Assembly: GCA_028288725.1 (NCBI GenBank)
Contig: JAQGIC010000101.1
Coordinates: 1-64,000, forward strand
Direction: 5' to 3'
Source of the DNA: Rhodospirillales bacterium
Lineage (GTDB): Bacteria > Pseudomonadota > Alphaproteobacteria > ATCC43930 > CGMCC-115725
Length of the DNA stretch: 64,000 bases
The notes beneath the pieces were generated by a model. The model saw only the letters and a program-made list of their open reading frames with translations. It did not search any database and had not been told where the DNA came from. The position numbers were made by a program, and so were the translations under genes. Positions 58,000 to 64,000 of the stretch are shown piece after piece. How positions within the stretch are numbered: position 1 is the first letter of the stretch; every line of letters begins with the position of its first letter.

Positions 58000-58782
58000 C
58001 TAAGGCTCCCGCATCCAAGCGGTAACGGTCGTCAGTTCGACGAAGCCCAGGCGTTCCAGGATCGGGCGGCTCATCGCGCCGGCATCGACCGTCAGATAGC
58101 GATAGCCGCGCCAGAGCGCTTCCCAGGCGCGCGCGGCAACCAGTGCGCGATAGATGCCGCGTCCGCGATGGCTCGGCACCGTGCCGCCGCCCCATAGGCC
58201 GGCGAAGGATCGTCCGGGCGGCAGTTCCAGCCGGCCGGCCGCGACCGGCAGCGCGCCGTCATAGGCGACATGAAGCGCATAGGTCGGGTCGGCGAGACGG
58301 CCGCCATAGGCCTTGAACGCCCAGGATTCATCGCGCTCGAACGCCATGCCCGCGGCGGCGACGAAATCCTGGAGGCCGGCCAAGTCGCGCACCTGCCGCA
58401 GCATGATCCCGTCTGACGCCGGATCCTCGATCTCGCCATCCTGCAGGTCGCGCACCATGAAATGCTCGGTCGCTTCCGGCCGGAAGCCGGCGTGGGCAAG
58501 GCGCGCGCCGAGGTCGTGCGGCTGGTCGTGGCCATAGAGCTTCCATTCGACCGGCACGCCCATCATGCGGAAGAAATCGACCTGGGTCGCGATCTCCCGG
58601 TCGACATCGGCCCCGGCCAGCAGCGAATACCCGATACAATGATACAGGCCCGTGGTGCGGAGCACGCCGCCGGACCAGGTGCGCGACACACCCGGTTCCG
58701 GCGGCGGTTCCGCCCGCATCTCCGCGTCATATTGACGGAGAATGCGGGACGGGGGGTTAGGCACGCTCACGGCTATGTTCAT
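58000..58782 (-). CDS. GNAT-family N-acetyltransferase (two-lobed, ~260 aa)
   Basis: C-terminal acetyl-CoA region VPSHRGRGIYRALVAARAWEALWRGYRYLTVDAGAMSRPILERLGF. ATG at 58782 forms an ATGA overlap with the ABC exporter stop. Confidence 0.75.
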   Translation of the reverse strand: MNIAVSVPNPPSRILRQYDAEMRAEPPPEPGVSRTWSGGVLRTTGLYHCIGYSLLAGADVDREIATQVDFFRMMGVPVEWKLYGHDQPHDLGARLAHAGFRPEATEHFMVRDLQDGEIEDPASDGIMLRQVRDLAGLQDFVAAAGMAFERDESWAFKAYGGRLADPTYALHVAYDGALPVAAGRLELPPGRSFAGLWGGGTVPSHRGRGIYRALVAARAWEALWRGYRYLTVDAGAMSRPILERLGFVELTTVTAWMREP

Positions 58783-60560
58783 GCCGCCTGTTGCTCCCGA
58801 TCGGCGGACAGCAGGCGGGCATAGAGACCGCCCGGCCGTTTCGCCAGTTGCTCGTGCGAGCCGTCCTCGACGATCCGGCCGCGATCGAACACCAGGATCC
58901 GGTCGGCGTGGCGGACGGTCGACAGGCGATGCGCCACGATGATCGTGGTACGGCCGCTCATCGCCTGGGCCAGCGCCTGCTGGATCGCGTGCTCGTTCTC
59001 GGTGTCGAGGCTCGAGGTCGCTTCGTCGAACACCAGCACCGGCCGGGCCGCGACCAGCGCACGGGCGATCGCCACCCGCTGCCGCTCGCCGCCCGACAGC
59101 TTGATCCCGCGCTCGCCGACCAGGGTCTCGTATCCGGCCGGCAGCTTCTGGATCATCTCGTCGAGCCGGGCCCGATGCGCCGCGTCGCGCACCTGTTCCC
59201 GCGTGGCGCCGGGCGCGCCATAGGCGATGTTGTCTGCGATCGTGCGGTGAAACAGGACGGGGTCCTGCGGCACCAGCGCGATCTCGCGCCGAAAGCTCGC
59301 CCGGGTGCAGCGGCCGACATCCTGATCGTCGATCAGAATGCGGCCCTCGTCCGGCCGGTAGAGGCCCAGCAGCAGCTTGACGAACGTGCTCTTGCCGCTG
59401 CCCGACGGGCCGACGAGTGCCACGGTCTGGCCCGCCTCGATCATGACATCCAGGCCGTCGAACACCGAACCGTTCGCCTCGGCATAGCGAAAGCCCAGCT
59501 GCTCGAACCGGATGGCACCCGGACCGGGCCGGAACTCGGCCAGGCCCGCATCCTCTTCCGCCTCGTTCGGCTTGGACAGCAGCGCCAGCAGCTCGGTCAT
59601 CTCCGACACCGCGTTCTGGGTCTCGCGCATGCCCTGGCCCATGTTGCCGAGCCAGCCGCGCAACACGAAGCCGGCGCCGATCACCGTGGCGACGGTGCCG
59701 GCTTCGACCAGGCCTTGCCGCGCCTCGATCACGACGATGGCGATCGGCAGGATCAGGATGATCGACGACAGGGACGACGATAGCGCGCCGTTGTTCACGG
59801 CCCCGTTCCAGGCGCCCATGATCTTGCCGTGCCAGGTCGCGACGGTCTTGCAGAACCGCTCCTGTTCGCCCGGCTCCATCGCCCAGGACTTGACCGCGGC
59901 GTTGTTGCCCAGCACGTCGACCAGCTCGCCCGTGATCCTGCTGTCCTGGGCGAACGCCTCCTTCATCAGCGGCATGACCCGCTTCAGATTGAACCAGCCG
60001 ACCACGGCGAAATAGATCGCGGCACCCGCCAGCATGGCGGCGGCGGCGAGCGCGCTGTCGTCCATGATCGTGCCGGCCGTGATCAGCACCAGCAGGATCG
60101 ACGGCACGAACAGGAAATAGCTGACGCTGACGAAGATGTCGTAGCCCTGGGCCGCCCGCGTGATCTTGCGCGCGGTCGAGCCGGCGAAGGCGTCGGCGTG
60201 CCAGCCGGTGTCGAAGCCCTGGCACTTCTCGAAGCCCGCGCGATAGATCGTCGCCATGGCGTCGGCGGTATGGCGGTTGATCGACCGGTCGGCCAACCAG
60301 CGGCATGCGACCGCCAGCGCGAACACGCCCAGGATTTCCGCAAATCGCACCAGGAAGGTCGCGACTTCGGTCTCGCGCCCGGCCAGTTCGACCGCATTGC
60401 CGATCAGCCGGGTCGAGGCAACGGTCAGCCCGACGAACGCGACCTGTCCCGCCATGAACCACACGACCCGCGGCAGGTCGGCCGCGAGATGGCGCAGCAC
60501 GAAGCGCCGAACGCTCTCGGGCTTGTTCGCAGGCAGGGCAGGGGGCGGCAGCGCGGACAT
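58779..60560 (-). CDS. ABC exporter, fused permease/ATPase (MsbA/type IV exporter-like)
   Basis: Six-TM N-terminal half. Walker [10 protein letters not shown], signature [15 protein letters not shown], Walker B LVFDEATSSLD. ATG at 60560 (MSALPPP). Confidence 0.85.
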   Translation of the reverse strand: MSALPPPALPANKPESVRRFVLRHLAADLPRVVWFMAGQVAFVGLTVASTRLIGNAVELAGRETEVATFLVRFAEILGVFALAVACRWLADRSINRHTADAMATIYRAGFEKCQGFDTGWHADAFAGSTARKITRAAQGYDIFVSVSYFLFVPSILLVLITAGTIMDDSALAAAAMLAGAAIYFAVVGWFNLKRVMPLMKEAFAQDSRITGELVDVLGNNAAVKSWAMEPGEQERFCKTVATWHGKIMGAWNGAVNNGALSSSLSSIILILPIAIVVIEARQGLVEAGTVATVIGAGFVLRGWLGNMGQGMRETQNAVSEMTELLALLSKPNEAEEDAGLAEFRPGPGAIRFEQLGFRYAEANGSVFDGLDVMIEAGQTVALVGPSGSGKSTFVKLLLGLYRPDEGRILIDDQDVGRCTRASFRREIALVPQDPVLFHRTIADNIAYGAPGATREQVRDAAHRARLDEMIQKLPAGYETLVGERGIKLSGGERQRVAIARALVAARPVLVFDEATSSLDTENEHAIQQALAQAMSGRTTIIVAHRLSTVRHADRILVFDRGRIVEDGSHEQLAKRPGGLYARLLSADREQQAA

Positions 60561-60914
60561 CGGATTCTCCTTCACTCCCGAAACGATCCCGAGAGCGCAA
60601 TCAATCCGATATCGGAAGTATTGATGGATTTCAAGCGCCAAAAGCGCGGGTCTCAACCGAGGGTGGGGTGATCCGGAAGAGGTCGTGACCGTGACGGGAC
60701 CCGGACCTGCGCCAAAGCTTCCCTACCCAGCGTCCGACCCATCGCGCCATTATCGCGGCTTGGACGGAGGCACAGGGGACGGCTAAAGGCGCCGAGTCTC
60801 TGGTCGATGGCGGAGCGGCAAGGGAAGGGCGCATGGGTGGTCCTGCTTGCCCGTCGGTTGACAGAAGTCGCGGCCGCAGCTCAGTTTGGTATACCAAACT
60901 GGGATGGCCATGGC

Positions 60915-62162
60915 ATGACGGGATCGCACCACAACGCGCATTGGCGGCAGAACCTCTATGTCTGTCTGTTCGGGTCGTTCACGACCATCATCGCCATGAC
61001 GCTGATTCTGCCGTTCCTGCCGCTCTATGTCGAACAGCTGGGCGTGCGGTCGCCGTCGGCGATCGTGCAATGGTCCGGCGTGGCATTCGGCGTGACCTTT
61101 CTGGCCGCATCGCTGGTCTCGCCGATCTGGGGCCGGCTGGCCGATCGCTACGGCCGCAAGCTGATGCTGGTGCGCGCCAGCCTGGGCATGGCCATCGTCA
61201 TGTCGCTGATCGGGCTCGCGCATAATATCTACGAGCTGATCGGGCTGCGGCTGGCGATCGGTCTGGCGGGCGGCTACGCCTCCGGCTCGGTCATCCTGGT
61301 GGCGATGCAGACGCCGAAGGAGCGCTCGACCTGGGCGCTCGGCACGCTCTCGATCGGCGTGATGGCCGGCAGCTTCGTCGGCCCGCTGCTGGGCGGTATC
61401 CTGCCCGGCCTCATCGGCCTGCGCGAAACCTTCTTCGCCGCGGGTGCTGCCATTTTCGTGGCCTTCCTCGCCACCTGCTTTCTGATCCGCGAGGAGCGGG
61501 TCGCGCGCCCGCCGGCCGGCAGCCCGGCCGCGCCGCGCATCGGCACCTGGGCCGCGATCCCCGACCGGCGCCCGGTCTTCGCGATGCTGGCGACCGCGCT
61601 GATGCTGATGTTCGCCAACATGTCGATCGAGCCGATCATCACCGTCTATGTCGCCCAGCTCGTGGCGGACCCCGGCCGGATCGCCCTCATGTCGGGCCTG
61701 GTCATGGCGGCCTCGGCGCTGGCCAGCATCCTGGCCGCCCCGCGGGTCGGCCGGCTGGCCGACCGGATCGGCGCCTGGCCGGTCGTGATCGGCTGCCTGG
61801 TGGCGAGCGGGTTGCTGCTGATCCCGCAGGCCTTCGTGACCGACGCCTGGCAACTGGTCGCCTTGCGCTTCCTGATGGGGCTGGCGCTCGCCGGTCTGCT
61901 GCCGTCGGTCACGGCGCTGATCCGCCACAGCGTGCCGGATGGCGTCACCGGCGGCGTGCTGGGCTATTCGCAATCGGCCCAGTACATGGGGCAGATCACC
62001 GGCCCGCTCGTCGGCGGCTTCGCAGGCGCCCAGTTCGGCATGCGCTCGGTGTTCTTCGCGACCAGCGCGCTGATGCTGTGCGGGGCCGCGCTCAACTGGA
62101 TGGTGTTCCGCAATCTCGCGCGCCCGGCGCCGGATACCGCGGGCCTGGGAAAAGGGGCCTAG
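60915..62162 (+). CDS. MFS transporter (drug:H+ antiporter-like)
   Basis: 12 predicted TM helices. Motif A-like GRLADRYGRKLML and a second GRLADRIG. ATG at 60915 chosen. Confidence 0.8.
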   Translation: MTGSHHNAHWRQNLYVCLFGSFTTIIAMTLILPFLPLYVEQLGVRSPSAIVQWSGVAFGVTFLAASLVSPIWGRLADRYGRKLMLVRASLGMAIVMSLIGLAHNIYELIGLRLAIGLAGGYASGSVILVAMQTPKERSTWALGTLSIGVMAGSFVGPLLGGILPGLIGLRETFFAAGAAIFVAFLATCFLIREERVARPPAGSPAAPRIGTWAAIPDRRPVFAMLATALMLMFANMSIEPIITVYVAQLVADPGRIALMSGLVMAASALASILAAPRVGRLADRIGAWPVVIGCLVASGLLLIPQAFVTDAWQLVALRFLMGLALAGLLPSVTALIRHSVPDGVTGGVLGYSQSAQYMGQITGPLVGGFAGAQFGMRSVFFATSALMLCGAALNWMVFRNLARPAPDTAGLGKGA

Positions 62163-62192
62163 CCGCCTCCGGTGCAGCGCGTCGAAGGCCGC

Positions 62193-62400
62193 TCAGCCGC
62201 CCCTTTTGGGGAAGATCGAGCGCGGAATACGGACATGACAGCCCTGACGGCCGTCCACGACCTGGGTCACCGCGAAATCGGCCGCCACGCTCATCAACGA
62301 ATAGGAATCGTCCTTCGAGAGGCCGATATGCTCGTCGGGCAGGCACCCTGAATGGTGGCGTTGGTGCGGTCGCCCGCGGCGAGCTTGGCCATCTCCCGCA
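62193..62400 (-). pseudogene. C-terminal remnant of an acetamidase/formamidase-family gene
   Basis: Minus-strand translation reads LPDEHIGLSKDDSYSLMSVAADFAVTQVVDGRQGCHVRIPRSIFPKRGG-stop, resembling the FmdA/AmdA C-terminus. The MREMAKLAAG segment upstream is in another frame, and no gene body is present. Confidence 0.4.
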
Positions 62401-62503
62401 TCAATTTAATTTCGAGGTTGTGCCGAGAGACTTAAGGTCCTGTATACTTCAGTGCATTCGACAGCATTTACAGGAGCAGCGGGTTGCTGCCGACGGTCGT
62501 TCG

Positions 62504-63292
62504 TCAAATGAGTGTTTCCGTATCGAATCGGTTCGCCAAAGTGCCGATCCCCGCAATGGTTACCGCGATGAGGTTGCGGGGTTCCTTCATGGTTCCAGCT
62601 CCGATCGAGGTGCCACAGCAGATGATGTCTCCCGGCATGAGCGTCATGTCCGCGGAGATCCGCCTGACGATCTCGGCCGGCGGAAAGATCATGTCGCCGA
62701 GACTGTAGTTCTGTCGCTCGACGCCATTCAGCACCGTGACGACGGACGCCGCCGCCACGTCGAGATCGTCGGAGATCGCCGGGCCGAAAACGCCGAAAGT
62801 ATCGAAGCTCTTCGCCCGACACCATTGGGCGAAACTCTTATCGCTTGTCACCAGATCGATCGCGGTGATGTCGTTCACGCCAGTATAGCCAAAGATGCAT
62901 CGGGTGGCTTCCGCCTCGGTAGCGTTCGAGCATCGCCGACCGATCACGATCCCCAACTCGCCCTCGAAGACGACGCGCCCGTCGTAGGAAGCCGGCCGCC
63001 GGATGGCGCCGCCGGGCCCGAGAAACGAGCTGTTCGCTTTCAAGAGGTAGAGAGGATGCATCGGTCGATCATTCCCGAGCTTGGTCGCCAGCGCGTTGAA
63101 ATTGTTCCAAAGCGCCAGCATCTTGGTCGGCTGACACGGCGGCAGCAACAGCGCCTTGTCAGCCTCGACGGTGACCCCCGAAGGGCGGCAGGTACCGAAC
63201 ATGTCACCATCATAGAGGCGGATGCGGTCATCCGCCGCCAGCGTCCCGAAACGCGTCTGGCCATCGACGTCGACACGCACCCAGAGAGTCAT
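62504..63292 (-). CDS. Fumarylacetoacetate hydrolase (FAH) family protein
   Basis: YDGRVVFEGELGIVIG, GYTGVNDITA, GDMIFPPAEIVRRISADMTLMPGDIICCGT. ATG at 63292. Confidence 0.85.
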   Translation of the reverse strand: MTLWVRVDVDGQTRFGTLAADDRIRLYDGDMFGTCRPSGVTVEADKALLLPPCQPTKMLALWNNFNALATKLGNDRPMHPLYLLKANSSFLGPGGAIRRPASYDGRVVFEGELGIVIGRRCSNATEAEATRCIFGYTGVNDITAIDLVTSDKSFAQWCRAKSFDTFGVFGPAISDDLDVAAASVVTVLNGVERQNYSLGDMIFPPAEIVRRISADMTLMPGDIICCGTSIGAGTMKEPRNLIAVTIAGIGTLANRFDTETLI

Positions 63293-63443
63293 CTGCCGTC
63301 TCCTGCCGCAGGGCCGGCGCGGCCCCGAAAGAAAAGGCCGCAACCCGTTTTGGGCGGGCTGCGGTGAGTTCGACGAGGCCGGTCAGGGGGAGGGGCCTCG
63401 TCATCGGATCATCCGTCCCGGGTGGGGATCGGGGCGGCGAGGC

Positions 63444-64000
63444 TCAACGGCCGAGATTGACCCAGATCGCCTTCGGCTCGGTGTAATTCGAGAGGGCTGC
63501 CTCGCCCAGGTCCCGGGTGATGCCGGAGGCGCCGCCCTGGCCGCCCCAGGGCAGGCGCGTATTGGTATGGCCATAGGTATTGACCCAGACGGTGCCGGCG
63601 CGCAGGCGCTTGGCGATCGAATGGACCCGGCCGACGTCCCGGCTCCAGAGCGCGGCCGCCAGACTGTAGATGCTGGAGTTTGCGAGGCGGATGGCTTCCT
63701 CCTCGTCATCGAAGCGGATGACCGATGCGACCGGGCCGAAAATTTCCTCGCGCGCGATGGTCATGTCGTTGCCGACATTGGCGAAGACGGCGGGCGACAG
63801 GAAATAACCGCGGTCGCCGACCCGCGCGCCGCCGGTCAAGAGGCTGGCGCCCTCGCGCCGGCCCGCATCGACGAATCCCAGAATGGTGTTCATCTGCTTT
63901 TCCGAGATGACCGGTCCCATGTCGACCTCGGGATTGGCGACGTCGCCGATCTTGTACTTTTCGGCCCGCTTCACCATGGCATCGACGAAATCATCGTAGC
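63444..64000 (-). CDS. Aldehyde dehydrogenase family protein (3' part; gene continues beyond window end)
   Basis: EEIFGPV, GYFLSPAVF, AGTVWVNTY, PWGGQGGASGITRDLGEAAL, i.e. the ALDH C-terminal catalytic and oligomerisation region. The frame is open to nt 64000. Confidence 0.85.
   Translation of the reverse strand, partial: YDDFVDAMVKRAEKYKIGDVANPEVDMGPVISEKQMNTILGFVDAGRREGASLLTGGARVGDRGYFLSPAVFANVGNDMTIAREEIFGPVASVIRFDDEEEAIRLANSSIYSLAAALWSRDVGRVHSIAKRLRAGTVWVNTYGHTNTRLPWGGQGGASGITRDLGEAALSNYTEPKAIWVNLGR

Overview
High-GC (about two-thirds G+C in coding lines) proteobacterial chromosome segment. The protein families look alphaproteobacterial, but that is low-confidence inference. I support about 50 intact genes, 5 gene remnants and several hairpins or operator-like sites. 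No rRNA, tRNA, CRISPR array, transposase or integrase was recognised. Layout: (1) nt 1-15444 is a glycosylation island. It holds a Sel1-repeat protein, four GT4-type and one GT2 glycosyltransferase, an RgpF-family protein, two SAM methyltransferases and a 1324-aa TPR-GT2-GT-B fusion. These surround one monocistronic, degenerate-RTX repeat protein (8571-9770). (2) 15.5-27 kb holds housekeeping and sensory genes: Sco-like/CtaG, DJ-1 plus GlxA-type AraC regulator, epimerase, hybrid histidine kinase, secreted SGNH hydrolase, MCP. (3) 27-33 kb is a minus-strand LysR / aspartase-like / polar amino-acid ABC operon. (4) 33-37.4 kb is an RND efflux pair. (5) 37.8-40.1 kb is a TusA-like / DsrE-like / TusA::MetE-like fusion cluster. 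(6) 40.4-51.4 kb is a GntR regulator divergent from a crotonase / thiolase-like+DUF35 / PaaK-type ligase / 2xSDR / Liv-type ABC operon. (7) 51.5-55.8 kb holds a phosphotransferase, an amidase and a patch of decayed gene fragments. (8) 56-64 kb holds a secreted unknown protein, a GNAT-ABC exporter pair, MFS, a formamidase remnant, an FAH-family hydrolase and a partial aldehyde dehydrogenase. The two candidates for undescribed biology are the protein-centred glycosylation island and the TusA/DsrE/TusA-MetE-like sulfur-carrier cluster. Both are hypotheses built from domain content and gene order only. Many long ORFs in the track are antisense shadows typical of high-GC DNA and were discarded.
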